Shown: positions 16,520 through 26,882, counted from the stretch's first letter. The stretch: DNA of 64,000 nt from Verrucomicrobiia bacterium (GCA_023953615.1 JAMLJH010000001.1:473360-537359), one strand, 5' to 3'. The notes: generated by a model not told the origin, from the sequence alone. Numbers and translations: made by a program.

Positions 16520-16942
16520 TCAATCACCCAGGTAATGCAAACTGACCTTCCGCGCGTGCGGCGCGTGGCGGTGTTCCCAAACGTAAATCCCCTGCCAGAC
16601 GCCCAAGGTCAGCCGACCTTGCTGCAGGGGCAGACTGAGATTCACCGACGTCAACGCCGTTCGAATATGCGCCGGCATATCGTCGGGACCTTCGCAATTA
16701 TGAACCCACCGGCGGTCGCCATCCCGCACCAGTTGCGCGAAGAAATGTTCCAAATCCGTTCGCACGTCCGGATCGGCGTTCTCCTGAATCAACAACGAAG
16801 CCGAAGTATGCCGCAGCAGCAGCGTCACCAGTCCGTTTTGAAAGCCCCCGGCCTCGATCCAAGCGATCACTTCAGACGTGATTTCATACAAACCACGTCC
16901 GCGCGTGCTGAGGGATAATTCGTGAAAGGCCTGGCGGCTCAT
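16520..16942 (-). CDS. yjbQ: YjbQ/UPF0047 family protein (secondary thiamine-phosphate synthase-like)
   Basis: 140 aa. 'GLVTLLLRHTSASLLIQENADPDV..D...F' and 'GPDDMPAHIR..L...SLSLP...GRL.LG.WQGIY..EHR' are typical of the family. Confidence 0.85.
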   Translation of the reverse strand: MSRQAFHELSLSTRGRGLYEITSEVIAWIEAGGFQNGLVTLLLRHTSASLLIQENADPDVRTDLEHFFAQLVRDGDRRWVHNCEGPDDMPAHIRTALTSVNLSLPLQQGRLTLGVWQGIYVWEHRHAPHARKVSLHYLGD

Positions 16943-16944
16943 GA

Positions 16945-18699
16945 TTATCGCGCCACACCGCTTTTGGTTGCCGCAGCTTTCGTCTCGAACAACTGCTCCA
17001 AATCGGGGTTGCGCGGTTGCCCCGCTTTGATGGCTTTCTCATAGTGAAAGCGCGCCAACGGAATATTGGGCGGCTCTTCCGAAGCGTAAAACACCGCCAG
17101 ATTGTTTTGCGCGCCGCCATGCGCTGGATTGAGCGTAATGGCTTTGCGAAACGCCTGCTCGGCCGGACCGCGCAGCCCCTTCTGGCTCAGCGTAACCCCC
17201 AGATAATTTTGGATGTCGGCATTCTGCGGATTCAACTTCGCCGCCCGATTCAACGCGGCAATGGCTTCGTCATATTTTTCTTCCCGAAACTTCAAGTAAC
17301 CCATCAACTGATTCGCGTGCGGATGGTCCGGGGCGAGGGCCAGGGCTTGGTTCAGATGAGTCTCGGCGTCAGACAAGTGTCCCAGTTCGATCTGGATCGC
17401 GGCGAGATTCGCCAAGGTCTTTGGATCGTTTTCATCCTGACGCAAGATGGCGAGGTAATCCTCCTCCGCCTTGTCGTATTGCCTCGAGGCGAACAGTTGC
17501 TGCGCGCGGGCGGCCAACGCCATGACGCTTCCCGGCGTCCCCTGCCCCGCCACCGCGCCGTTCACGGATGGACTGGAAGCCGAGCTGGGTAACGCCGTCA
17601 GTTCCGGTGTCGGTTTGGGCGCGGCCATCAAAGCCAGCTCTTCTGCGGAATAGGGAATCGCTTTGGCCTCGAAGACTTCAAGTCGCGCTTTCAAGCTCTC
17701 CACTTCGCGGGTCAACTGATTCACCTGCGTCATCAACTGCTGGGTGCGCGCATTATCCACGCTGCCGGCGTTGCGACGCTCCAACGCCCGATAAAGCTCG
17801 TCGCGCTGGCGTTCGAGTTCCTTGATTTGCTCATCCGCGCCCCCGCGCGATACGATTTCCGACTTTGCGGCCGGCGTCGCTTGCGCGGCCCGGGCCGCGA
17901 CCAACCGGTTTTCCAACGCGACCTTTTCCAATCGCATCACCTCGGCATCGGAATTCAGCGCCGCAATCCGGGCCTGGGCTGCCGCCAATTGCTGCGCCAG
18001 CTCGGTCGAGCTGGAATCCGGAGCCGAGGTCGCCGCCGCTTGGGCTTGAGCCAGTTGCTTTTTCAACAACTCATTCTCCGCGCGCACGGCGGCCAACGCC
18101 TCGGTTTCGCTCGGCGCCGTGCGTTTCTGCTCCTGTTCCAAACGGGCTTGCAACAACTCGTTTTCCTTGAGCAAGGTTTGAATGCGCGCCTGCGCTTTTG
18201 CCAGTTCACCGGGATCAATCGCCGCGGGTTGGGTGCTGAACGCTTCTTTCAGTTTGGCTTCTAGGATCGTCTTCTCCGATTGCAACTGCCGCACGGACTC
18301 CTGCAAAGAAGCAATTTCCCGCTTCAAATCAGCATTATCCGCCACCGTTGGCTCGGTCCCTTTCACCACCTGAGATTGGGTTGCTTCCTGCGCGCCGCTG
18401 GCGGCGGGCGCTGGAGTTGATTTGGAAACGGCGGCGATCCGGTTCTCCAAAAATTGGAGGCGGAAATTGACCACCTTGGGATTCCAGCTTGGATAAACTT
18501 TCTGGATTTGGTTCAGGGCCGTTTGCGCCTCCAGGTATCGGGTCAGAGCACTCGATTCGTCGCCCGACGTGCGCAACGCCTCGGCCTCTTGCATGAGGTT
18601 GTAAACGTGGACGTATTGTCCCTCCACCGATTGCGCGCGCGCCCACCCCAAAATCCCCAGGCAACACAGCCACCAAACACAGATGCGCTTCATGGCCAC
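16945..18699 (-). CDS. Secreted coiled-coil plus TPR-repeat protein
   Basis: Signal peptide 'MKRICVWWLCCLGILGWARA'. Long A/Q/E/L-rich coiled-coil middle region. C-terminal TPR-like repeats ('YDKAEEDYLAILRQDENDPKTLANLAAIQIELG..'). Confidence 0.7.
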   Translation of the reverse strand: MAMKRICVWWLCCLGILGWARAQSVEGQYVHVYNLMQEAEALRTSGDESSALTRYLEAQTALNQIQKVYPSWNPKVVNFRLQFLENRIAAVSKSTPAPAASGAQEATQSQVVKGTEPTVADNADLKREIASLQESVRQLQSEKTILEAKLKEAFSTQPAAIDPGELAKAQARIQTLLKENELLQARLEQEQKRTAPSETEALAAVRAENELLKKQLAQAQAAATSAPDSSSTELAQQLAAAQARIAALNSDAEVMRLEKVALENRLVAARAAQATPAAKSEIVSRGGADEQIKELERQRDELYRALERRNAGSVDNARTQQLMTQVNQLTREVESLKARLEVFEAKAIPYSAEELALMAAPKPTPELTALPSSASSPSVNGAVAGQGTPGSVMALAARAQQLFASRQYDKAEEDYLAILRQDENDPKTLANLAAIQIELGHLSDAETHLNQALALAPDHPHANQLMGYLKFREEKYDEAIAALNRAAKLNPQNADIQNYLGVTLSQKGLRGPAEQAFRKAITLNPAHGGAQNNLAVFYASEEPPNIPLARFHYEKAIKAGQPRNPDLEQLFETKAAATKSGVAR

Positions 18700-18797
18700 A
18701 AGTTAATGAACCGGACGTTGCTTTGGCAATGACGGCGTGTGGAATTTGACACGGGAACTGCGGTCGTGATAGCGTCACCGCCGTCAGTTGCCTCGTT

Positions 18798-19418
18798 ATG
18801 AGCTCAATCCTGAACCAACATGTTCTGGTGTTGAACCGGCTGTGGCAGGCGGTAAATATCTGCACGGCCCGGCGCGCGCTGACGTTGTTGTTTCAAGGGC
18901 ACGCGCAGGTTGTTCTAAATCACGCTGACGGATCGTTCCAAACCTATAACTTCTCCGCCTGGCATGATTTTTCCCAGCAGGAACCTCATCCAGAATCCAT
19001 CCACGCCATCTCGTTCCGCCTTCGGTTGCCGCGCGTCATCCTGTTGCTGGCGTACGACCGCATGCCCAAGAAGGAGGTCAAGTTCACGCGCCACAACATC
19101 TTCGAGCGGGATCGCAACACCTGTCAGTACTGCGGCAAAGTCTTTGATCGCAAAGACCTCAATCTGGATCACGTGATCCCGCGCGACCGTGGCGGGCCGA
19201 CGACGTGGGAAAATATTGTCTGCTCCTGCATCGAGTGTAATACGCGCAAGGCGAACCACACGCCGCAGGAAGTGGGCATGAAACTCGTCAAGAAGCCGAA
19301 GCGGCCCAAGTGGCGACCCTTTGTGCAGATCAACTTCAGCCTGCATCAACACGACAGTTGGAAGCACTTCGTCAACCTCGCCTATTGGAACGTCGAATTG
19401 GGCGAAGACGTGGAATAA
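18798..19418 (+). CDS. HNH endonuclease family protein
   Basis: 'RDRNTCQYCGKVFDRKDLNLDHVIPRDRGGPTTWENIVCSCIECNTRKANHTP' is a canonical HNH/zinc-ribbon motif. Confidence 0.85.
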   Translation: MSSILNQHVLVLNRLWQAVNICTARRALTLLFQGHAQVVLNHADGSFQTYNFSAWHDFSQQEPHPESIHAISFRLRLPRVILLLAYDRMPKKEVKFTRHNIFERDRNTCQYCGKVFDRKDLNLDHVIPRDRGGPTTWENIVCSCIECNTRKANHTPQEVGMKLVKKPKRPKWRPFVQINFSLHQHDSWKHFVNLAYWNVELGEDVE

Positions 19419-19487
19419 CCGCAGCGCGGAGTTGCGTTCGGAACGCGCCAGGGCATTAACCACCCGCCGCCGCCGCAAACAATCATT

Positions 19488-20273
19488 TCACTGCCCGCGC
19501 ATGGGTGCGTCGGCGACGCTTACGTCCCGAATTTTAATGGCGCGATAGGCGGCGCTGGTGTCCCAGGAACACAAGCCGAACGGTTTGGAGAGCATGATTT
19601 CGCCAAAGCGCACTTCGAAGCCACGCCCGGCAATCGGCAGGTCCACCACCTTTTTCTGCTCGACCCAGGCTTCGATTTTCTGTTCGGTCACCCGCAAGCG
19701 AAGGCGATACCAACGCCCGGTTTCGAAGCTGATGTATTTGGTCGTCTCATTCTCAGAAGCGTTGTTGCCATCCACATTGGAGAGGCCGACGATGCCGCCG
19801 CCCCAGCCGCCGACGATCCAGCTGCAGTGCATGTCATGAATCGGAAACGTCAGGCCGCAGAAAAAATCTTCCCCGGCCACCCGCATCGCATCAAAAGCCA
19901 CTTCGTAATTGATCTGGGGAATTGGATTCGTCGCATTCACCCCCACGAACGGCGTGCCACGCTCCAGCACCATCAAGCCGTTGGTGAGGTAAACGCGGCC
20001 TCCTTCATCAAACTCCGTTTGCCGCCAACCCGTGAAGTTGCGTCCGTCAAAAAGATCACGCCAATCACCGGGACCGAACGGTGCGAGCGGTTGTGTCGCC
20101 GCCAGACTAAGCAGCCCGGCTTCAGGCGGCGGGGTCGTGACCTCGGGCAATAGCGCGCGGGGTTCGCCGGGATAAACCGGCGGCGTCGTGTAACGCTGAC
20201 GCGCGCAACCACTCAGTATTGCCAGCGCCAACGCTCCCATCATAAAATAATTGCGGTTCATTGCAGCCATCAC
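19488..20273 (-). CDS. DUF1080 (3-keto-disaccharide hydrolase/LamG-like) lipoprotein
   Basis: Lipobox 'LAILSGC'. 'LFDGRNFTGWRQ' and the C-terminal 'YRAIKIRDV' fit the DUF1080 pattern. Confidence 0.7.
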   Translation of the reverse strand: MMAAMNRNYFMMGALALAILSGCARQRYTTPPVYPGEPRALLPEVTTPPPEAGLLSLAATQPLAPFGPGDWRDLFDGRNFTGWRQTEFDEGGRVYLTNGLMVLERGTPFVGVNATNPIPQINYEVAFDAMRVAGEDFFCGLTFPIHDMHCSWIVGGWGGGIVGLSNVDGNNASENETTKYISFETGRWYRLRLRVTEQKIEAWVEQKKVVDLPIAGRGFEVRFGEIMLSKPFGLCSWDTSAAYRAIKIRDVSVADAPMRGQ

Positions 20274-20362
20274 TCGTAGCGAATTATCGCCTCATGCGCC
20301 AGCCGAAGAACAGCAATTTTAGACCGCCATCCGCGCCAGCCGCACCGCCCAGTTCCACGCCC

Positions 20363-20662
20363 ATGTTTCTGACGGCGCACCCGGATGGCTGCACGCTGAC
20401 CATCCGGTTGCAACCTCGCGCCTCCAAAAATGAAATTGTCCCGAACCCCGGCGCTGAACTGCGCATCCGCGTAACCGCCCCTCCGGTGGACGCCGCCGCG
20501 AATGAAGCACTGTTGCGATTATTGGCAGAAGCGCTGGATTGGCCGCGCGGCAAAATCGAATTACTTCGCGGACACACCGCCCGGCTCAAGGTGGTGAAAA
20601 TTTACGGAATCACGGCGACCGAAGCGACACAACGGCTTCCCATTCCGCCGCTACGGAATTAA
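20363..20662 (+). CDS. DUF167/YggU family protein
   Basis: 'LTIRLQPRASKNEIV...LRIRVTAPPVDAAANEALLRLLAEAL..PRGKIELLRGHTARLKVVKI'. Start placed at the ATG at 20363; an ATG at 20294 is also possible. Confidence 0.75.
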   Translation: MFLTAHPDGCTLTIRLQPRASKNEIVPNPGAELRIRVTAPPVDAAANEALLRLLAEALDWPRGKIELLRGHTARLKVVKIYGITATEATQRLPIPPLRN

Positions 20663-20768
20663 CCCGACCGTCGGTGCCTCCACGCGCGACGCCTTGTCGG
20701 AATCAAGTTGAATCACAAGTTGAATCAGACTTGGCGCAACCCCGGCCACTTGTTTTACTCCGCAAGCC

Positions 20769-21785
20769 TTGAATCTTTGGCCACAGCAACTTGAACCAAC
20801 CGGTGCATACGCTCCGTGGTGGTTTCTGGGCATCTTCATCGCCGCTTCACTTTTGATGATCTGGCGATTGGAAGCGCTCAGCGCCAACGGCTTTGAGGGG
20901 ACGGTGCTCGGCACGTTGATCATGCCATATTGCTCGGGCGCCGGAAATCTGCTGTTCACCTTCATCATCGCGAAAAATCACGGTCCCGGCGCGGAAGTAA
21001 TGACCAATGCGCTGGTCAACAACCTCACCAACATGACGCTGTTGATCGGCCTGCCCATACTGTTATGGCCGGCGGTGTCCGCCAACGGCTCCAGCTCACG
21101 CAAACGCAAATCGAAGCGAAAACACGATCCGGGCAAAGTCACTGCGGAGATCAATCGGTTGTCGGTGTTATTGACGTTGCTCGCGCTTTTGTTTTTTACC
21201 GGAGCAACCTGGGCGTTGGGGCGCGACGGTCGCCTCACGTTCAATGACGGTCTGGTACTCGTGGGCTTGTTTCTGTTCTGGCAAAGCTTTCATGTGTTTG
21301 AAGTTTTGAAACAACAAGCCGGCAGCCCCACTAAAACCCTTACCTGGTCGGCGGGTCTGGAACTCGGGTTGCTCGGCCTTGCCACGTACGCTTCCTACGT
21401 CAGCCTGGAGGGACTGGTGAATTGGTTGAACACCCGGCCCACTGGTTTCATCAGTCGCGAAAACCTGGGCTGGCTCACCGGATGGCTGACGGTGCTGCCG
21501 AACGCGTTCCTCGCGCTGTATTACGGTTGGCGCCGCAAGCCGGAAGTGGTCTTCACTTCACAGATCGGTGACGGCCACATTTGCATTCCGTTGTGCGTCG
21601 GCATTTACGCTCTTTACCAACCGTTGGCCCTGCCGCCCGTCTTCATGTCGAGCATGTATCTGTTGGCGGGCGTCACCGTGGCGCAATTGTTTTTTATCGG
21701 GGTGTTCGGGCGATTACCGCGCTGGACGGGGTTCGCCCTCATCCTGGCGTACGGCTATTTTCTGAAGTTGGGGCACTTGAATTAA
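20769..21785 (+). CDS. Polytopic membrane protein, possibly a CaCA (sodium/calcium exchanger) family member
   Basis: About 10 hydrophobic segments. Two segments ('TNALVNNLTNMTLLIGL', 'SQIGDGHICIPLCVGI') loosely resemble CaCA alpha-repeats. Uses a TTG start. Confidence 0.4.
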   Translation: MNLWPQQLEPTGAYAPWWFLGIFIAASLLMIWRLEALSANGFEGTVLGTLIMPYCSGAGNLLFTFIIAKNHGPGAEVMTNALVNNLTNMTLLIGLPILLWPAVSANGSSSRKRKSKRKHDPGKVTAEINRLSVLLTLLALLFFTGATWALGRDGRLTFNDGLVLVGLFLFWQSFHVFEVLKQQAGSPTKTLTWSAGLELGLLGLATYASYVSLEGLVNWLNTRPTGFISRENLGWLTGWLTVLPNAFLALYYGWRRKPEVVFTSQIGDGHICIPLCVGIYALYQPLALPPVFMSSMYLLAGVTVAQLFFIGVFGRLPRWTGFALILAYGYFLKLGHLN

Positions 21786-22228
21786 ACCGCGCAACTCCGG
21801 GGGGCTTCCGTCGCGGCGCAAATCTTTTCGCTCAGATCCGCGAACGGCACCTGCGCGCTCAACCAACGGGGATTTCGGGCGATGTCCTCCATCGAAGCGC
21901 GGGTGTTGTTACAAATCAAATAAACGCCGCGCCCCAGGGCCATGAACGCCTCGAAACAAGTACCGCGGCCGTGCCGTTCAAATTCAAAATCCCCCGGCCG
22001 ATGGCGGCCACTGAACAATGCGTCCCGGAGCGAGCCCAGGTCGCGCAAAAAGTTCTGGCGGAATTCGTAATGGCGCGGGCCGAAGTAATGCAGAATTCGC
22101 GGGTTAGGTTGAGACAGAGAAATGACGACCCATTCGTCAAAGACCGTATCCCCATATTGCGAATCCATTTGTGCCGCGCAAAAACGGACCGCCGTCATCA
22201 TGTCATCCAAATTCAGTGAATTGTTCAT
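21782..22228 (-). CDS. Hypothetical cytoplasmic protein
   Basis: 148-aa ORF from the ATG at 22228 ('MNNSLNLDDMM..'). I recognise no family. It fills a gap between well-supported genes. Confidence 0.4.
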   Translation of the reverse strand: MNNSLNLDDMMTAVRFCAAQMDSQYGDTVFDEWVVISLSQPNPRILHYFGPRHYEFRQNFLRDLGSLRDALFSGRHRPGDFEFERHGRGTCFEAFMALGRGVYLICNNTRASMEDIARNPRWLSAQVPFADLSEKICAATEAPRSCAV

Positions 22229-22410
22229 TGCGCCAAGCCCGGACTGGAACAAATTCAGTGCCAGCGCCGCGAATTTAATTTAGGCGCGCTTTCGGCTCGA
22301 AATCCTGCGTAAATCGCGTGCGGACGGGGTTTTTGCAGCCTTATTACCCGGGTTGAGTGTCCATTTTTGAGCTTCGCTTCAAGCGGAATTGGTTTACGCT
22401 CGGACTGCCA

Positions 22411-23265
22411 ATGCCGCCGAAATTCATGCTGCCTCGCCCGCCCGCTTCGAGCGCCAAACCCTTCGAACAGCGGTTGAATCAAATCGTTGCCTGGACGGCG
22501 ACCGCTCTGATGTTGGGGAGCTTTCTCGTGCTGGTCTGGCAAATTTTATCTTCCGGAACCCTGGTGGAGCGCAACGGTTGGAGCTGCGGTTTATTTCTCA
22601 TTACTGCCGCGTTGGGCACGATGCTCACGCAGGCACATCATAGTTCCGGGCTGAAGGTCATCCTGGCCGCCATCATCATTGGCCTGGGCGGCGGCGCAAC
22701 GCATTGGGTCGGAGCGACAACGAACCTGCCCTTCGGCCCGATCGTTTTCACAGAAGACAGCGGACCAAAGATCGTGGAGAAAATAAGCTGGGCCATGCCG
22801 TGGTTGTGGATCATCGTCGTTCTAAACACCCGTGGCGTGAGTCGGCTCATCTTACGCCCGTGGCGCAAAACGAAAACTTACGGCTTTTGGGTGATTGGCC
22901 TCACGACTGGACTGGTCACTTTGCTGGCGGTCGCCCTCGATCCATTTGCCACTCACACCGGGCATTACTGGCTCTGGTTGCCCACCCGGTTTCCCTTCAC
23001 CTGGTATAACATGCCGTGGTCGAATGCGCTGGGCTGGGCTTTGACCACTTTGCTGCTGCTGGCGTTTGTCACTCCGTTGCTGATCAGTCGCGGCTCCCGT
23101 ACGCGCAAACTGCCGCCGAACTATCAATCGCTGCTGATCTGGGGGCTGTTGCTCAGCTTGGGGGCAATCGGGGCGGTGGCGGGAAAACTCTGGGCGGCGC
23201 TGGTCTTTGACGTTTTGGTGCTGACGATTTCCACTTACTTCGCCATTCGCGGCGCCCGTTGGTGA
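22411..23265 (+). CDS. Polytopic membrane protein (weak resemblance to DUF422/carotenoid-biosynthesis-type membrane proteins)
   Basis: Multiple TM segments. 'WYNMPWSNALGWALTTLLL' recalls the DUF422 motif, from memory only. The ATG at 22411 is preferred over the GTG at 22357. Confidence 0.4.
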   Translation: MPPKFMLPRPPASSAKPFEQRLNQIVAWTATALMLGSFLVLVWQILSSGTLVERNGWSCGLFLITAALGTMLTQAHHSSGLKVILAAIIIGLGGGATHWVGATTNLPFGPIVFTEDSGPKIVEKISWAMPWLWIIVVLNTRGVSRLILRPWRKTKTYGFWVIGLTTGLVTLLAVALDPFATHTGHYWLWLPTRFPFTWYNMPWSNALGWALTTLLLLAFVTPLLISRGSRTRKLPPNYQSLLIWGLLLSLGAIGAVAGKLWAALVFDVLVLTISTYFAIRGARW

Positions 23266-23322
23266 CGGCGGCAAATTCTCTCCCGATTCGACCGAACGCA
23301 AAATCGCGCCGCGCCGCACCAT

Positions 23323-24660
23323 TCAAATCTCAGGCGCAGCCGCCACCGGAGGTCGGGTGATGCGCAACCGGCTGACGAGGGTGCCGTTCATTTCTTCCAC
23401 GCGCAAATGGCAATTCCCCGCGCTCAAGCGATCTCCCACCTTGGGAAACCCGGCCAGCTTGTGCGTCACCCAACCACTGGTCGTGGTAATGCCTTCGGTT
23501 TGCAGATCGCAGCCGACCAATTCTTCCAGCTCGTGCAACGGCAACGTTCCGTCCGCTTCCCATTCATTGTCCGCGACCGCCACCAACAACGGTTTCTCCT
23601 GATCGAACTCATCCTGAATCTGGCCAATCAACTCCTCGACGATGTTCTCCATCGTCACCAAACCGAGGGTGCCGCCGTATTCATCCACCACGATGGCCAG
23701 ATGCAATTTACGCTCTTGAAACAACTGCAGCACCCGCTCCAGACGCGCCGTTTCCGGGATATAAACGATCTTGCGCGCCACGGAGCGCAAATCCGCTCCG
23801 GTGTGCGCCTTGATGCGGGCAGCATATAAATCCTTGATGTGGACCGCGCCCCAGGTGCGATCCAGGTTGCCGGCTTCGCATAATGGAAAGCGCGAGTAGC
23901 GTGATTTTTCCGCCACGCCGAGGCACTCCGCAATGGTCGCCTGCGTGTCCAACGCCGTGATTTCCTTGCGCGGCCGCATTACGTCGCGCGCCACCCGATG
24001 GCGTAAATCAATCGCGTTTTGCAGAATGGCCCGGCTGAATGGGGACGCACCGGTTTGCCGTTGCGCCGAGGCGATTACCAGTCGCAACTCGTCTTCCGTT
24101 TGCACGCCCTCGCTTTCGTGCGCCGGCTGCAACCCAACGCTGCGCAACAACAACAGCGCGCTTTCGTTCAACAACCAAATGAACGGATACATCGCCAGAT
24201 AAAACCAGCGCATCGGATACGCCACCCACAACGCGGTCGGCAACGCCAGGCGAATGGCCATGGATTTCGGCGCCATTTCACCCACGACAATGTGCAAAAA
24301 CGTAATGACGCTGAACCCGACCACCACCGAGATCGTCTGCTGCAGCTCGGCGCTTTGCAACTCGAGCAGTTGGAAGATTGGCCGCAACAATTCCGCGAAC
24401 ACCGGTTCGCCAATCCAGCCGAGACCAAGACTCGCCAGCGTGATGCCCAATTGGCAGGCGCTTAAATACTCATCGAGATGCCGCGCCAGATGCAACGCCA
24501 TCCGGGCGCGCCGGTTTCCCTGCGCGGCCAGCGGCTCAATCTGCGTCGCCCGCACCTTGACCAGCGCAAATTCCGTCGCGACGAAAAAGCCGTTCAGAAA
24601 AACCAGAAACACCACGGCCAGCAGCTTCAACGCAATGGCCATGAATAATTCGCCACTCAT
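23323..24660 (-). CDS. CNNM/CorB-type transporter (DUF21 - CBS pair - CorC_HlyC)
   Basis: N-terminal 4-TM DUF21 domain, a CBS pair, and the C-terminal transporter-associated domain ('WEADGTLPLHELEELVG..GWVTHKLAGFPKVGD'). Its ATG overlaps the upstream gene's TGA by 1 nt. Confidence 0.85.
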   Translation of the reverse strand: MSGELFMAIALKLLAVVFLVFLNGFFVATEFALVKVRATQIEPLAAQGNRRARMALHLARHLDEYLSACQLGITLASLGLGWIGEPVFAELLRPIFQLLELQSAELQQTISVVVGFSVITFLHIVVGEMAPKSMAIRLALPTALWVAYPMRWFYLAMYPFIWLLNESALLLLRSVGLQPAHESEGVQTEDELRLVIASAQRQTGASPFSRAILQNAIDLRHRVARDVMRPRKEITALDTQATIAECLGVAEKSRYSRFPLCEAGNLDRTWGAVHIKDLYAARIKAHTGADLRSVARKIVYIPETARLERVLQLFQERKLHLAIVVDEYGGTLGLVTMENIVEELIGQIQDEFDQEKPLLVAVADNEWEADGTLPLHELEELVGCDLQTEGITTTSGWVTHKLAGFPKVGDRLSAGNCHLRVEEMNGTLVSRLRITRPPVAAAPEI

Positions 24661-25649
24661 CAGAACTGCACCTCGCCAAAAATGGTTTTCAGAATATTGT
24701 CCAGTCCCACAATCCCCGTTTCCCGACCGTCCGGCCCCAGCACGATGGCCAGCCGCTGACCGCCGCGTTGCATTCGTTCGAGCGCGACGTCCAGGCGAAT
24801 GTCCTCCGGCAAAAACAGTCCGGGAGTAAGCAACGCGCCGACCGGCATTTGCTCATCGAGATCCGTGTGATAAATCAGATCATCCACACTCACCACGCCC
24901 GCGACGCGCCGACGTCCATCCTGTTCCTGCCAGACCGGGAAGCGGGTGAACCCACTGGTCCGCGAAGCCGCCAGCGCCACGACCACCGTGTCGGTGGCCG
25001 AAATACTCACCGCCTCCGACAACGGCCGCATGACTTGCCGCACGGCGACATTTTCCAAATCCAGCACGCGCAAAATCATCACCCGCTCGTCCGAGGTAAA
25101 AACCTGGCCCGATTCCTGGGTGGCCGCGCGCAGTTCTTCGCGATTGCCAAAAAGCCTGCGGGAAAATCGGCGTCCGCCGGTCCATCGCAACAACTGATGC
25201 GCCACCCATTCCACCAGCACCACCAGCGGACGCAACCCGATGTGCAGCAGGCGGAACGGTCGAGCCAGCCATAAACAGAGGCGGTTGGGATAAAGGCCGA
25301 ACAGCATCTTGGGCAGCAAATCGAAGCAGGTGTAGAACACCAGCACCGCCACGAGAAACCACAACCAAAACCAACCGGACCGCAGCGGCACACGTCCATG
25401 CAAAACCGCAAAAAAACTGCCCAGGGCAACGAAGTTGAACAGCGTATTACCCACCACGATGGTCCAGAGAAAGTTCTCCGGGTTTTCCAAAAATTGGTGC
25501 AGTAATCGCGCCGAGGCATCCCCGGTACGCGTCAGGCGACGCACCCGCAAACGGCTCAGCGCAAACACCCCGGCTTCCATGCCGGAAAGGAGAAACGAAA
25601 TTCCCAGACAAACCCCCAGACCAATAAAGATGAGAAAGTTGGTTTCCAT
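24660..25649 (-). CDS. CNNM-type protein lacking the CorC_HlyC domain (DUF21 - CBS pair only)
   Basis: 329 aa. Ends right after the CBS pair ('GIVGLDNILKTIFGEVQF'). Its ATG directly abuts the TAA of the upstream gene. Confidence 0.8.
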   Translation of the reverse strand: METNFLIFIGLGVCLGISFLLSGMEAGVFALSRLRVRRLTRTGDASARLLHQFLENPENFLWTIVVGNTLFNFVALGSFFAVLHGRVPLRSGWFWLWFLVAVLVFYTCFDLLPKMLFGLYPNRLCLWLARPFRLLHIGLRPLVVLVEWVAHQLLRWTGGRRFSRRLFGNREELRAATQESGQVFTSDERVMILRVLDLENVAVRQVMRPLSEAVSISATDTVVVALAASRTSGFTRFPVWQEQDGRRRVAGVVSVDDLIYHTDLDEQMPVGALLTPGLFLPEDIRLDVALERMQRGGQRLAIVLGPDGRETGIVGLDNILKTIFGEVQF

Positions 25650-26882
25650 TTATTTCAATTGCTCGACGAGGAGTTCGCGCACGCGCCGATCCTCCACCGC
25701 CCGGGCCGTCAATTTAAGCCCGCGAACCACCACTGATTCCCCAACGGTCGGTACCACCTCCCGCAAATGCACCAACCATCCGCCCATGGTTTCCAAGCCG
25801 GGCACATCGGGCAGCGACGGACATTCCCGCCGAAAGTCATCCATGCGCATCGTGCCATTCACCCGCCAGCGACCCGGGCCGAGTTTCTCCATGACAAAGC
25901 CCGGCGTCTCGACCTCGCGATAAAACTTGCCCACCAGCTCCGCCAGAATGTCGCTCATGGTCACCACGCCCGCGACGCTGCCAAACTCATCCACGACCAC
26001 CGCCATGCCGCGGCCCTGCCGTTGCAAACTCTTGAACAATTGCAACAAGTTCATGGTCTCGGGCACGAACGAGGGAAATTCAATCGCGTCCGCAAGGTCC
26101 GCATTCGGGTCCAGCAGCAACGTCCGCGTATTCAAAATGCCAACGATGGTATCGGGCGACTCATCGTAGATCAGCAGCCGCCGATGATGAAAACGGCGCG
26201 CGGCCTCCACCATTTCTTCAATCGAAAGATCATCCGGAATCGCCGCCAGCCGCGTGCGCGGTTGCATCACGTCTTTCACCGTGTGCCGATCCAGATTGAC
26301 GATCTGCAGAATGATGTCGCGGGCGGAGCGGGCCAGATTCCCCTGTTGAAAGGCAAAATCCACCAGCTCCTGATAATCTCCATCCGTCAGGGTAAGCTGC
26401 GGCTTGACGTGCCGCGGCACCATCCATTTGATGATGGCCCGATCCACAAATTGAGCCACCCGGTTCAGCGGTTGCGTGAGCCGTTGCACCAGTAACAACG
26501 GTGCGGCCACGCGGCATGCCCAAACTTCCGGCCGATGCACCGCGAGGATTTTCGGCACGACTTCGCCCACGAACAAGACCAGCACCAAAACCACGCCCAA
26601 AGCCAGCCACAACGGCCAGCTTCCGGTCAACCCCAGCCAAATGCCGATGGCCAGAATGGCCGCATTGGCAAAGGTATTGCCCAACACCATCGTCGCCAGC
26701 AAATCCTGCGGGTGCTCCAACAATTGCGCGACCTGCGCGCCCCGGCGGCCTTTTTGTTCGGTAAGCGACCGCACCTGCCATTTGTTGAGCGAGAAAAGCG
26801 ACGTTTCCGCCAAGGCAAAGAAGCAGCCCATCCCGGTCCAACCCAGGATGATCAGCAAGGCAACAAACTCTGCGGCTTCCAC
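25650..26882 (-). CDS. CNNM/CorB-type transporter (DUF21 - CBS pair - CorC_HlyC)
   Basis: 410 aa. DUF21 TM region, CBS pair, and C-terminal 'WRVNGTMRMDDFRRECPSLP..ETMGGWLVHLREVVPTVGE'. Confidence 0.85.
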   Translation of the reverse strand: MEAAEFVALLIILGWTGMGCFFALAETSLFSLNKWQVRSLTEQKGRRGAQVAQLLEHPQDLLATMVLGNTFANAAILAIGIWLGLTGSWPLWLALGVVLVLVLFVGEVVPKILAVHRPEVWACRVAAPLLLVQRLTQPLNRVAQFVDRAIIKWMVPRHVKPQLTLTDGDYQELVDFAFQQGNLARSARDIILQIVNLDRHTVKDVMQPRTRLAAIPDDLSIEEMVEAARRFHHRRLLIYDESPDTIVGILNTRTLLLDPNADLADAIEFPSFVPETMNLLQLFKSLQRQGRGMAVVVDEFGSVAGVVTMSDILAELVGKFYREVETPGFVMEKLGPGRWRVNGTMRMDDFRRECPSLPDVPGLETMGGWLVHLREVVPTVGESVVVRGLKLTARAVEDRRVRELLVEQLK

